Shown here: positions 26,792 to 39,770 of the stretch, piece by piece
Layout of the letters: every line of letters starts with the position of its first letter
Position numbering within the stretch: position 1 is the first letter of the stretch
Assembly: GCF_009914755.1 (NCBI RefSeq)
Contig: NC_060943.1
DNA: 64,000 nt
Origin: the human T2T-CHM13v2.0 reference genome, Homo sapiens
Reading direction: 5' to 3' (one strand)
Program-made: the position numbers and the translations under genes
Notes under the pieces: generated by a model
The model's input: the letters and a program-made list of their open reading frames with translations, nothing else
Told to the model about the DNA's origin: nothing
Databases searched by the model: none

Positions 26792-27693
26792 TTTTTTTTT
26801 TTGGTTTGGTGTTTTTTTTTTAAGTGATAAAAATATTTTATTTAAATGGTACAGAAGAAATTATGTGTACTTAAAAATGATTAAAAATTCATGTTAGGAA
26901 ATGCTAAAAACCCAATAATTTACACAATGATAAAATCTAAAATGATGAGAAAACATGAAATGCTTTCGTTTGGTCCTCTGACCTAACAAAACTATTAAGA
27001 ACATGAGATATAGTAATTACTGAAGTTGGGTTAAAAGCACAAGACAACATAATTCCTTTATATACATCCAGCCATTTTATACAAGAAACTGTTATACCTT
27101 AAATGGAAGAGTGAAGAATTTGTTTAAAATATTGAGAGTGCATTATGCACCTATAATGAAACCACTTTCTCCAAAGATTCAAACAGATTAACATTGCAAA
27201 ATGGTATTTCTATATAACACCAACTTCTGAAAAATTTAATAATTCATTTAAGAATATGCAAGTGAAATGTAGTTTATTCTGATTTCAACAACGGATATTC
27301 AAAGTCACAATTTTTCCCAAGAAATCATTCACTTTATACTTTCAAAAACACATTGTAGCTTTTCTGTTACCAGTCAGCCATGTTTTCAACTAGCTGCATG
27401 TTTAATCATTCACTTCAAATTTACATGTCCAGCCCAGCACAGTGGCGTGGGCCTGTAGTCCCAACTACTTCAGAGGCTGAGGCAGGAGGATCGCTTGATC
27501 CCAGGAGTTCAAAGCCAGCCCAGTCAACATAGCAAGACCCTGTGTCTTCAGAAATCATCCAAGGAGTGAGATAAACATTACAACCCACATATACTGGGTA
27601 AACAACAAGGGAATGAAAAATGACCTCACATGCCCTAAAGCAATGTTGACGCAAACTCCTGATGCAATAAGGGCAGCAGTTGTAATGGGTACC
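26792..27693 (-). pseudogene. 5'-truncated processed pseudogene of TMEM128
   Basis: Minus strand 27692..27555 reads [45 protein letters not shown], matching the recalled TMEM128 C-terminus ([46 protein letters not shown]). It is followed by a 3'UTR with an Alu monomer (~27430-27548), AATAAA (26837-26842), a poly(A) remnant (26792-26821) and a short GGAATG repeat on both sides. Confidence 0.8.
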
Positions 27694-29234
27694 TGGAATG
27701 GTATCGTGGAATTGGAGAACTTATTTTTGTAATGAAAGGAAAGCTAGCTTGAAAGAAATGTTTTTGAGGTTTTCTCTTGTTTTTCTCCTTTTTGTTTGGT
27801 TCAGGTTTGAAATTTAGATTGGCTTGGGTTAAATTTGGGTAGGCAAAAAAATATTATCTTTAAGGGAATTAATATTTATCAAATATTCTCTTTTTTCATG
27901 TAAACCCCAATGAATGATATGAAATTTGAAGAAATAGGAGAGAGCAAGAACCATAGAATGAAGTCAGAAAAACCCTGCTCTTCTTTAAAATAGAGAGGCT
28001 AATTTTAAAATGTTGAGTTTAGGACCTGGAATGCGAAACATCTCAAATTAGCACTTTGAACGCTTTCTCCTCCCAAGCCCGTCGCATTCCTTTCTTTATC
28101 TTCATGTTAAGGCTGGGTGGAAGGTTCATCAATTCCCGGATATGATCCAAAATAGACTTAGATTTGTACCTATGAGAATCAATGATCTTAGCAGTACGTG
28201 ACTTATATCCAATTCTCAGAACTTAATGCTTACCATTGTAACATTATGATAATAAAACACTGGCAGATATAAAGTCATGTCATTTATTTTAGTCATATTG
28301 AATCTCTTAGAATAAATTATTTATTTTTTAGAAAATATCTTTTAGAGTAAAATTTACATAAATCAAATGTATTCCTGTTATAATTTTAAATGAACATCCA
28401 TCTACCCCCAATGCTTTAAGTATTAGAGAGTAGACTTGACGTCCATCTAAGACTCCTTTCAGCTTTACATAAGGTCTCATTACTATGATGCATTGGATCC
28501 TCTTGTTCTCTGTTTTCTTCAGGAAATCATGCTCACAGAGGTTAGGTAAATTGGTCAGGGTAACACAGTAATGGCTGCACTACATTTAAACTGCAGCTTT
28601 TTAAATCCATGTTTAATACTTTTTCTCAACACCTCCCAATTGCCTCACATTATTTCAGATTCTTCTTTGGGACCCCTTGAATTCACCCTATGTAGCATCT
28701 CCCTTGGCAAAAAAAAAAAAAAGTTAACAAAATATGCTTTCTTAATAGGCAAAAAGGGGGATGTATATTTCTTCAAATAACTAAAAAAGGGGAGTCCATA
28801 TTTATTAAGTGAAAAGAACAAGTGCAATCACATTAGCTTGAAAGGGAAATAAGTGATTACATGATATACTTGGACTGTTGGACAGGAACAGATAGGGGAC
28901 TTTTCCGTGAGTTATTTATTTTGGTCTTTTATTTAAAGCAGCCCTAATTTTTAGATTGTTTGAATAACAGACAAATTAGAAGCTCAGCAAATTTCTTAGT
29001 GGACAATTTTAACTTTCCAAAAAATATCCTTGCATTTCCGCTACCTTCTTTAAAAATGAAACCTATCCCTCTTCAGGACACTGGTCCCAAGACAGATCAT
29101 CTAGAAGTACCCAAATACCTCCAAACAGATCAGGACCAATTCAACTATTTCTAGAAAAAAAAAAAAACAAAGTCTGTGCTTCATATTGGATGCCCACAAT
29201 ATGTTCTCCCTGCTCTTCTAGATTACTTATTTTC

Positions 29235-32200
29235 CTTTTTTTTATTATTATTATACTTTAAGTTCTAGGGTACATGTGCACAACGAGCAGGTTTGTTACA
29301 TAGGCATACATGTGCCATGTTGGTTGCCTGCACCCATTAACTCATCATTTTCATTAGGTGTTTCTCTTAATGCTATCCCTCCCCCATCCCTCCACCCCAT
29401 GACAGGCCCCAGTATGTGATGTTCCCCGGCCTGTGTCCAAGTGCTCTCATTGTTCAATTTGCACCTATGGGCGAGAATATGCGGTGTCTAGTTTTCTTTC
29501 CTTGTGATAGTTTGCTCAGAATCATGGTTTCCAGCTTCATCCATCTCCCTGCAAAAGACATGAACTCATCATTTTTTAGGGCTGCATAGCATTCCATGAT
29601 GTATATGTTCCACATTTTCTTAATCCAGTCTATCATTGATGGACATTTGGGTTGGTTCCAAGTCTTTGCTATTGTGAATAGTGCTGCAATAAACATACAT
29701 GTGCATGTGTCTTTATAGTAGCATGATTAATAATCCTTTCCGTATATACCCACTAATAGGATCGCTGCGTCAAATGGTATTTCTAGTTCTAGATCCTTGA
29801 GGAATCGCCACACTGTCTTCCACAATGGTTGAACTAGTTTCCACTCCCACCAACAGTGTAAAAGTGTTCCTATTTCTCCACATCGTCTCCAGCATCTGTT
29901 GTTTCCTGACTTTTTAATGATTGCCATTCTAACTGGTGTGAGATGGTATCTCATTGTGGTTTTGATTTGCATTCCTCTGATGACCAGTGATGATGAGCAT
30001 TTTTTCATGTGTCTGTTGGCTGCATAAATGTCTTTTCTGAGAAGTGTCTGTTCATATCCATTGCCCACTTTTTGATGGGGTTGTTTGATTTTTTCTTGTA
30101 AATTTGTTTAAGTTATTTGTAGATTCTGGATATTAGCCCTGTGTCACAAGGGTAGATTGCAAAAATTTTCTCCCATTCTGTAGGTTGCCTGTTCACTCTG
30201 ATGGTAGTTTCTTTTGTTATTCAGAAGCTCTTTAGTTTAATTAGATCCATTTGTCAATTATGGCTTTTGTTGCCATTGCTTTTAGTGTTTTAGTCATGAA
30301 GTCCTTGCCCATGCCTATATCCTAAAAGGTATTGCCTAGGTCTTCCTCTATGGTTTTAGATCTAACATTTAAGTCTTTAATCCATCTTGAATTAAGTTTT
30401 GTGTAAGGTGTAAGGAAGGGATCCAGTTTCAGCTTTCTATATATGACTAGTCAGTTTTCCCAGCACCATTTATTAAATAGGGAATCCTTTCCCCATTTCT
30501 TGTTTTTGTCAGGTTTGTCAAAGATCAGATGGTTGTAGATGTGTGGTGTTATTTCTGAGGCCTCTGTTCTGTTCCATTGGTCTATCTCTCTGTTTTGGTA
30601 CCAGTACCATGCTGTTTTGGTTACTGTAGCCTTGTAGTATACTTTGAAGTCAGGTAGCATGATGCCTCCAGCTTTGTTCCTTTGGCTTAGGAATGACTTG
30701 GTAATGCGGGCTCTTTTTTGGTTCCATATGAACTTTAAAGTAGTTTTTTCCAATTCTGTGAAGAAAGTCATTGGTAGCTTGATGGGGATGGCATTTAATC
30801 TATAAATTACCTTGGGCAGTATGGCCATTTTCATATTTATTCTTCCTATCCATGAGCATTGAATGTTCTTCCATTTGTTTGTGTCCTCTTTTATTTCATT
30901 GAGCAGTGGTTTGCAGTGCTCAGTAAGTTGGATTCCTAGGTATTTTATTCTCTTTGTAACAATTGTGAATGGGAGTTCACACGTGGCTTGGATCTCTGTT
31001 TTTCTGTTATTGGTGTATGGGAATGCTTGTGATTTTTGCACATTGATTTTGTATCCTGAGACTTTGCTGAAGTTGCTTATCAGCTTAAGGAGATTTTGGG
31101 CTGAGTCGATGGGGATTTCTAAATAAACAATCATGTCATCTGCAAACAGGGACAATTTGACTTCCTCTTTTCCTAACTTAATACCCTTTATTTCTTTGTC
31201 TTGCCTGATTGCCCTGGCCAGAACTTCCAATACTATGTTGAATAGGAGTGGTGAGAGAGGGCCTCTCTGTCTTGTGCCAGTTTTCAAAGGGAATGCTTCC
31301 AGTTTTTGCCCATTCAGTATGATATTGGCTGTGGGTTTGTCATAAATAGCTTTTATTATTTGAGATACGTTCCATCAATACCTAGTTTATTGAGAGTTTT
31401 TAGCAGGAAGCACTGTGGAATTCTGTCAAAGGCCTTTTCTGCATCTATTGAGATAATCATGTGATTTTTGTCACTGGTTCTCTTTATGTGATGGATTACG
31501 TTTATTGATGTGCATATGTTGAACCAGCCGGGCATCCTAGGGATGAAGCCAACTTGATCTTGGTGGATAAGCTTCTTGATGTGCTGCTGGATTTGGTTTG
31601 CCAGTATTTTATTGAGGATTTTTGCATCAATGCTCATCAGGGATATTGGTCTAAAATTCTCTTTTTTTGTTGTGTCTCTGCCAGGCTTTGGTATCAGGAT
31701 GATGCTGGCCTCATAAAATGAGTTAGGGAGGATTCCCTCTTTTTCTATTGATTGGAATAGTTTCAGAAGGAATGGTACCAGCTCCTCTTTGTACCTCTGG
31801 TAGAATTCGGCTGTGACTCCATCTGGTCCTGGACTTTTTTTGGTTGGTAGGCTATTAATTATTGCCTCAATTTCAGAGCCTATTATTGGTCTATACAGAG
31901 ATTCAAATTCTTTCTGGTTTAGTCTTGGAGGGGTGTAAGTATCCAGGAATTTATCCATTTCTTCTAGATTTTCTAGTTTCTTTGCATAGAGGTATTTACA
32001 GTATTCTCTGATGGTAGTTTGTATTTCTGTGGGATCGGTGGTAATATCCCCTTTATCATTTTTTATTGCATCTATTTTGTTCTTCTCCCTTTTATTCTTT
32101 ATTAGTCCTGCTAGCGGTCTATCAATTATGTTGATCTTTTCAAAAAACCAGCTCCTGGATTCATTGATTTTTTGAAGGGCTTTTTGTGTCTCTATCTCCT

Positions 32201-32470
32201 TCAATTCTGCTCTGATCTTAGTTATTTCTTGCCTTCTTCTAGCTTTTGAATTTGTTTGCTCTTTCTTCTCCAGTTCTTTTAATTTTGATGATAGGGGGTC
32301 GATTTTAGGTCTTTCCAGCTTTCTCCTGTGGGCGTCTAATGCTATAAATTTCCCTCTAAACACTGCTTTAGCTGTGTCCCAGAGATTCTGGTATGTGGTG
32401 TGTTTGTTCTCATTGGTTTCAAAGAATTTATTTATTTCTGCCGAATTTTGTTATTTACCCAGTAGTCATT
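29235..32470 (-). mobile_element. 5'-truncated L1PA (L1PA5/6-like)
   Basis: ORF2 remnants 31356..32363 and 30451..31287 including the FADD RT motif; 3'UTR and tail at ~29235. Confidence 0.92.
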
Positions 32471-32474
32471 TAGT

Positions 32475-32900
32475 TTTACATTTTGAAACACCCAAACAAC
32501 TGTCACTGGATTGCTTGCAACAGAAAGGATAAATGCTTTATGGGATGGATGCTGCATTCTCCATGATGTGATTATTTGCATGCTTGTATCATATCTTATG
32601 TTCCTCATAAATGTATACACCTACTATGTACCCACAAAAAATAAAAATAAATGACAGGCAAACGACCAATATGCACATGAAAAGATACCCAACATCATGA
32701 GTCGTTAGGGAAATGAAAGTCAAAAGTATCATGAGATACCACTTCACATTCATTAGGACGGCTATTACTTAAAAAATGAAAACTGACAGGTGTGAGGATG
32801 TGGATAAACTGCAACCCTTGAACATTGCTGTTTGGAGTGTAAGATGGTGTGATTGCTGTGGAAAATATTATGGCAGTTCCTCAGAAAGGTTACTCATCAT
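32475..32900 (+). mobile_element. Old L1M 3' fragments
   Basis: L1MA-type 3' end (cacctactatgtacccacaaaaa) followed by L1M ORF2-end sequence. Confidence 0.6.
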
Positions 32901-33399
32901 AATATACATCTCTTTAGCAACTGGGATACATTTTTTCTATCAATGGTTTAAATTCACTGGCAATAAAACTGAAGAGAAAAATGAAGTAAGAGGGAGAAAG
33001 AAACAAGGGAGAAAGGAAATTCGAATTCACTTGACCTTTAAATTCTAATATATGTTTTAAGGCTGCTTCCTTTCATCATGAACAGAGAACTTGAGTCCTC
33101 CACACCAGTTGAAGAAAACTGCATTGTGACTGAAGTCCAATCACCTGTACCTCACACAGTCTGGAAATAAGGAACACACAAATCAAGAACTAGACAAGAA
33201 ATTCAACTTTCTCCACAAATCTTCTTGGGAAAGAGTGTCTCTGAAAATTTTGATACCCTTGGACACTCAGAAAAGAAAAGGGTGGAGTTAGAGCCCAGCT
33301 GTGTGAGAGGCAGATGGGAACTGGCCTCACCTGGCAAAGCCAAGGGAACCAGTGTGAGACCAGGGGGGACACAAGGGCTTTCTCTACCTCCTTCCATAG

Positions 33400-33908
33400 G
33401 TCCTGTTTAGGATCAAGACCATTGTTCTCCCAGAACCTCTATAGGCAAAAAGAAGGATTACCTTCCGTTGCCAATAATTTCCACCAGAATCCTCACTATT
33501 TTTACCATTGTACAAATTAGGAAAATGCACACATTCTTGGTAGATTCTGCACAGTGGAGAGAAAGCTTAAAGAGAGGCATGGAGGCTGGACTTTACAACC
33601 CCTCAACCTCACTCCATCATCCTTATCTGTGCATTTCCCTGGTGACCTCTTTTTCCTCCTGGTGCCTCCCCCACTGTCATTTCTGCTGCATCACAGACAC
33701 AGACTTGCAAGCAAGTGTGGTTGTGACTGAGTCTATTTCTGACACCTTACCCTTTCTCACCCTGTGGGGAATTCTTGCTGAGAGGGCTTTGGAATCAGGA
33801 ATGAAGCCAGAGGGCAGGGCTGACAGGGACCATTTAAATGCTGCAACTCCTAGAGATTCACATGGAAGCCTGGACACAATTCAGAAGAGCCAACCCAAGG
33901 AAGCAAAA
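33400..33908 (+). promoter_or_regulatory. Galectin pseudogene promoter/5'UTR (paralogous to LGALS16 promoter)
   Basis: TATA-like TTTAAA 33833-33838, GATA TTATCT 33623, TEAD-like GGAATG 33798; aligns to 51700-52217. Confidence 0.55.
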
Positions 33909-36900
33909 ATGTCACCACTACCTGTGAGTTAAAAAGGCACAGCCTTCAATAATCTCAAGTCACATTAAAGAAGGTGGAAAAAGGGAGATTTTATGAGAGG
34001 AAAATATGAGAGTTTCTATTGTGAATGTTTTACTGAGATTGGAGGTGTGTGGAAGACAGAGACCCTGGGACTATGATGTCTGAGATGTTTGTGGGGTGTC
34101 AGGTGTGGCCCATGGACCAGTGTAACCCTCTGTGAGGGTGTGATAGTGTCTGATGAGAGTCAACTCTGCTGAGATGATGTTACGTTAGGTAAAAGGTGTA
34201 AAGCCCACCAGGATGGGTGGGACGTGCCTGAGTGTAAGAGGGTGACTGTGTTTTGTCTTCCTGTCTGTGATGTGAGTGTGTGTGAGCACACCCAGACCAA
34301 TGCATGAGCATCTTTATATGGACAGTGAGCAGGCATGTGTGACTCAGTGAGTGGTGTGGCTCTGTGTGACTGTGGTAGTGTGTGTGATGGGATGTGACTA
34401 GGTGTTGAACTGGGAACATGCACGTGGCCTTCTGTCCATGTGAAGTTTCCTCCTTACACAGCAGGGCCTCTGATGAAGCAGCTGTGCATCTTCCCATGTG
34501 TGTCAGTGTGGATCCCGGGTGGCAGAACTGGTGGGGATCTTGGGGACTGGGAGTTACCAATGACTCATTTGTGAGCATTAATGAGAGCAGAATGTATGAT
34601 CTGTAGATGTCTCTTCCCAGGCAGAGTGGAAAAGAGGAATCCAGACTATGGGAACAATGGTCCCTCAGGTGGGGTCTGCACATAGTGACCATGATCTCCT
34701 GCCTCTCATCCTCAGGTCTTTTCCTGTCTCCCACCCAAGGCTGCCATTCCCATTGTAGGTCAGGAGGGTGTGCAAGTCCTGGCTCTCTGAGGAAGAACAT
34801 TGGAGACTGTGGTTTTAGAGACTGAATCACCTCAAACTGGAAAGGAACAAGGGTAGCCTCAGTTCAGATAGAGTTTACAGTGGATATTAATCATCCAAGT
34901 AGCTGGGTTTGCTGGCTCATGTCTATAATCTTACCATTTTGATAGGCAAAAATGGGAAAATAACTTGAGGCCAGGAGTATAAGAGCAGCCTGGGCAAAAT
35001 AGTGAGACACCGTCTTTACAAAAACTTTAAGTGTCAGACAGGCAACTTGGTGGGCATTTTTTTTTTGAGACGGAGTCACTCTGTCACCTAGGCTGGATTG
35101 CAATGGTGCAATCTTTTCTTACTGCAACCTTCGCCTCCCGAGTTCAAGTGATTCTCCTGCCTCAGCCTCCTGAGTACCTGGGATTACAGGTGCACACCAC
35201 CACGCTTGGCTAATTTTTGTATTTTTAGTAGAGACGGGATTTCACCATGTTGGTCAGGCTGGTCTCGAACTCCTGACCTCGTGATCGACCTTCCTTGGCC
35301 TCCCAAAGTGCTGGGATTACAGGCATGAGCCACTGCACCCAGCCTTGGCGGGCATCTTTCACCAAAGCTACTCAGGAAGCCAAGGTGTGAGGACCCCTGC
35401 AGCACAGGAGTTCAAGGCTTCAGTGAGCTATGGGTGCACCACTACACATCAGCCTGGGTGAGAGAGTGAGACCATGTCTCAGAAAGGAAGAAAAATTATC
35501 CACTTGTAGGTTGTCTCTAATTACTTCCCTGACCCGCACTCTTCATTTGTCCAAGTGCTGCAGCTGTGCTCTCAACAATTTTTACAACTTCTGGGAAAGA
35601 TGCCCATGGCCCTTGACGATAGTGATGCATGTGCATCCCACACACAGGGGTTTCCTGTTCTTTTGTTATTTCCCTCTCTCTTTCAACAAGTGTTGCTTCT
35701 TACGGATTGAATTTCTCCACTGATAGATCCTCAAGTCTTGTTTTCACAGATATTAATTTCTCTATCACTAAGATCACCCATTAGTAAGAATTACTAATAA
35801 AGATAAAAAATAAAAAGTAAAGAAAGTACAGAAAAAAAGAATTTTAAATAATCTTCCTAGTACCTGGGAAACAGTTAGGCAGAGTTCAGGTATGGATCTA
35901 AGATGGCACTGTCAGTAAGAGGCAGAATCAGGACTGGAGTCCAGGCAGCCTGGCTCCTGAATCCTAGCTCCTAACTATGAGACCCTCATGTCTTTAGGAA
36001 TATGGAGTTCTGACTGTGATAGGGTGAAAGAGGGAAGTCCTCACAGTTTGCCTGTTGATCTCTAATTTTCTACATCATGGTAATCTGTCACAAAAGGGGA
36101 GGCCACACCTGGCCCAGCCCCTTTCACCCACTCTCAATCCCCTAGCAGGTGCCACACAGAAGGCGTGTCCTCGTCCATTGGTTCTTGCATGACAATCAGA
36201 GGGACACGGATCCTCCCTTTCATGTGAGTACTGCATGGCACAGGGGTGGAAAAGAAGGGAGAATATTTACTCAGGAGGTGGTCTCATGTGAGTGATGTGG
36301 AAATTTCTAGTTGGCAGGATGGAGGAACCATGCAGGCGCAGGTCCTGGAGACCCTCCAGCACCAAGCATGAAACCTGCAGTGGCTGAACTGTGGGCCAGT
36401 CATGAGGTCTAAGGGAGGAGAACACTCAGGGGTTAGGGCTGTGGCTCTTTATCAAGGGGCACAGAATTTTCAGGGAATGGACAAGGCATAGACCCAGGTA
36501 AGTGACTGTGGCTCACTTTCCATCTTGTGAGGGGAAGAGAATCTCCCCACCTGGGGGATATACGAGGAGCTAAAGCAGCCCCACAGGGACCAGGCCTGCA
36601 GTATCACCAGAGAGATCAGGGAGGCTTCTTTATGCCTTGGGGAAAAGAAGGAAGGGATTTGTGTGTGTGTTGAGTGTGTGTCCTACAAGGGAGGGGCCTG
36701 CCCAACACTCCGTGTGCTTTGCCCTCAGCAATGACCCAGAGCTGCGGGTGGAATTCTACACTGGGATGAATGAGAACTCAGACATCGCCTTCCATTTCTG
36801 AGTGCACTTTGGCCATTGTTTGGTCATTGACAGCCATGTGTGTGGGGCCTGGAAGTGTGAGGGGAGATGCCACAATGTGTTCTTCAAGGACGGCAAACAA

Positions 36901-38531
36901 TTTGATCTGAGCATCTTGGTGCTAGACAATGAATACCAGGTGAGTGCCCTAGGAGCTCCCGGTATCCAGCCTCCATGGGTTCTCAGAGCAGGAGGCAGCT
37001 CTCCCTGGCCTGACCCAAATAGATTTTCAGGACCCATTTCTCATAACTACTCTTACCCCAGGCTTTTTATCACAGAGCACCCTCTGGTTGCACCGCTATC
37101 CTCAGCTCGTTTCCAAAATCTGACCGTGATCAGTATCAGCTCATCTGGCATTTCCCCCAAGGTGAAGAATCTCCTGTCTTTTCTCACTGTATTCATTTCT
37201 ACTTATGTTGCTGTTTAAATTTTCACTTTGCTGAATGAATACAATATTCATAAGAATAAAATTGTTTTAGTCAATGAAAAATTAAGGCTTTGTCTCACTC
37301 CTGGACCCAATCTTATTCCTGAGAGCATTACCAGCGCTCTGCTCTCCTTCCACAGGAAATCTTTGCTTATAGAAGCATATAGATCTACAATTTCATTTGT
37401 TTTTAAGAAAATCCTAGTATACATTGCTCCACACGTTACACCTTAAAAACTGAGTTGATTTGTTGTGAAAGAATATATCTTGAAGATACCGTCTATTAAT
37501 GGTGCTTCCTCAGTTTTTAAAGAATGCATAATATTGCATTATAAGGATTACCTAAAATTATTAATCTTGACTCTTTTTAAGGGCCTTGAGGTTATTTCCA
37601 ATATTTTGCTCTCACTAATGGTGCTGTATTAAGACTTCTAGTCAATTCTTTTGTTTTATCCACCTCCCTTACTTATATTGAAAGATAATCATAAAGAAAT
37701 GAAAAACTGGTTCAAAAATGTGTGCATTTTAAATTTAACAAATTGACACCTAGAAGGTTACTTTATAGACTCAGTAATGAAGAATATATCCAAATGTTCT
37801 GGCCCTTTCTTATGAGTAGAGCAAAAGATTCACATTTTATTCAGATTCAAGTGAAGGATCTCTTTCTATGCTTAGAAACCGTTCAAAATGATAGCCTATG
37901 TTTTGCAACACTTGTCCAATTCTACCTCTCCAACAACACTTGAATTTTATTCTTGGCCACCATCAGCCCAGATCTAGGCAACTCCAAAGAGAAACTGGGC
38001 CATCAGTAGGGAATGGCAGTCAGAGTTCATGGAACAGATATATATGCATTCAATGAACATAATCCAGTGTTAATCCTGTTTGAACCCCTGTACAAGATGC
38101 AGGGATTCAAGTTCATGAAATACAGTCACTAGCCATGGGGATTTTCCAAGCTAGACGGGAGGCTGAGCAAACATAGACCATGTGACACAGAGTGGTACAG
38201 CCTTGCTGGAGGAAACAGAGGAAACACTAGAAATAATGTGAGCACTCTCTCAAATAGTTAATCTTTAACAGGATTGTGAGTCTTGGGTTCAGTTATATAA
38301 CTAGCAGTTTTCTCAGGGGATGTTGTAGGTATAGGAGAGAGTAGAGAGAAGGCTGAAAGTTTGTTTGGTGGCATACTGTCTTTCTGAGGCACTTTTCCTC
38401 TTGTAGGTAATAATAAATGGCCAACACCATACATCTTTGCCCATCCACTTCCACCATGTTCTATGAAGATTTTGCAAGTGTGGGAAGATGTCTCCCTGAC
38501 CTCAATGTCTGTCTGCAATTTATGGAGATGA
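33909..38531 (+). pseudogene. Unprocessed placental-galectin pseudogene (probably the LGALS14-like locus LOC100129935): exons 33909..33923, 36149..36223, 36729..36939, 38407..38531
   Basis: Exon 1 encodes MSPLP|gtgagt. Exon 2 is 75 nt (2-nt deletion). Exon 3 is 211 nt with TGA at 36799-36801 (codon 55). Exon 4 has a 1-nt deletion. Splice sites are intact and ATTAAA is at 38636. Confidence 0.92.
35057..35344 (-). mobile_element. AluS-type element nested in an older Alu (~34900-35480) in pseudogene intron 1
   Basis: Antisense Alu with TSD TTGG(T/C)GGGCAT; absent from the LGALS16 paralogous Alu. Confidence 0.88.
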
Positions 38532-39166
38532 CCACACCCCTCATTGTTGAGGAATCCCTCTTTCCATGTGACCATAGGATCCCCAGAGCCTGCTAACAGC
38601 ATGATCTCTCCTCACCCTTTTCCCTACACTTGGTCATTAAAACATCACCAAACTTCCCAGAATTTGGTTCTTGCTTTAAGGGGGAAAGAGAAAGTGGTAA
38701 TCCCCAAGAGGCCCCGAGGAACTTTATGGGAAGCATCCAGAAATCAAATAGGATAAACCTTCTTGTGACTCCAGGAGTGAATGACAAGGTCCCTGCAATA
38801 TCTTAGGAGACATTAGGTACAGCATCCTTTGACAGCATATTGTTGACATCAGAGACTCTGAGACAAAATCTTTACCCTATCTTAGATGACTCACTGCACT
38901 GAAATGTTAGGTAGATGTTTACAGCCACACAGATGTACCTCGTGGCTTTGGGGAGAAATTTTGTAACTTAAGAACAATCTAGTGGAATTTCCTAATACTT
39001 TCCATTATTTTCAGGATATTTATTGTATGTTAACACGGTGCCTGGCTCTGTATAGGCTGCCATACAGGAGCTTTACAAAAAGACACGTTTCTCACTTGAA
39101 AATTTCAATCCAAGCAACAGTTAGAGAATCACAGGAGTCCAAAGATTTCTCTTAAAGAACCCCAAT

Positions 39167-39770
39167 TGTGGAAGATAGTGTGGCAATTCCTCACGGATCT
39201 AGAACTAGAAATACCATTTGACCCAGCAATCCCATTACTGGGCATATACCCAAAGGATTATAAATCATTCTGCGATAAAGACACATGCACACATGTGTTT
39301 CTTGCGGCACTATTCACAATAGCAAAGACTTGGAACCAACCCAAAAGTCCATCAATGATAGACTGGATTATGAAAATGTGGTACATACACACCATGGAAT
39401 ACTATGCAGCCATAAAAAGGATGAGTTTATGTCCTTTGCAGGGACATGGATGAAGCTGGAAACCATCATTCTCAGCAAACTATCAGAAGATCAGAAAACA
39501 AAACACCACATGTTCTCACTCATAAGTGGGAGCTGAACAATGAGAACACATGGACACAGGGAGGGGAACGTCGCACACTGGGGCCTGTTTGGGGGTAGGG
39601 GGCTAGGGGAGGGATAACATTAGGAGAAATCCCTAATGTAGGTGACAGGTTGATGGGTGCAGCAAACCACCATGGCACATGTATATCTATGTAACAAAAC
39701 TGCACGTTCTGCACATGTAACCCAGAACTAAAGTATAATTTTTCTTAAAACTAAAAAATAATAATAATAA
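39167..39770 (+). mobile_element. L1PA 3' fragment
   Basis: ORF2 end ([26 protein letters not shown]) plus 3'UTR; absent from the other two units. Confidence 0.88.

Noticed and set aside
28896-28907. NF-kB-like GGGGACTTTTCC
   Set aside because: An isolated motif 5 kb from any promoter with no paralogous support; expected by chance.
26792-32470. L1 3' transduction (L1 at 29235 reading through to the poly(A) at 26.8 kb)
   Set aside because: The poly(A) and AATAAA belong to the TMEM128-like retrocopy, which has its own flanking repeat. No TSD brackets the L1 plus the unique segment.
34180-34830. 216-aa minus-strand ORF and His/Thr-rich neighbours
   Set aside because: Antisense reading of a GT-rich intron 1; the frame is not preserved in the LGALS16 paralogous intron.
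36143-36148. NAGNAG acceptor (TAGCAG) rescuing pseudogene exon 2
   Set aside because: It shifts by 3 nt, so it cannot repair the 2-nt deletion, and downstream lesions remain.
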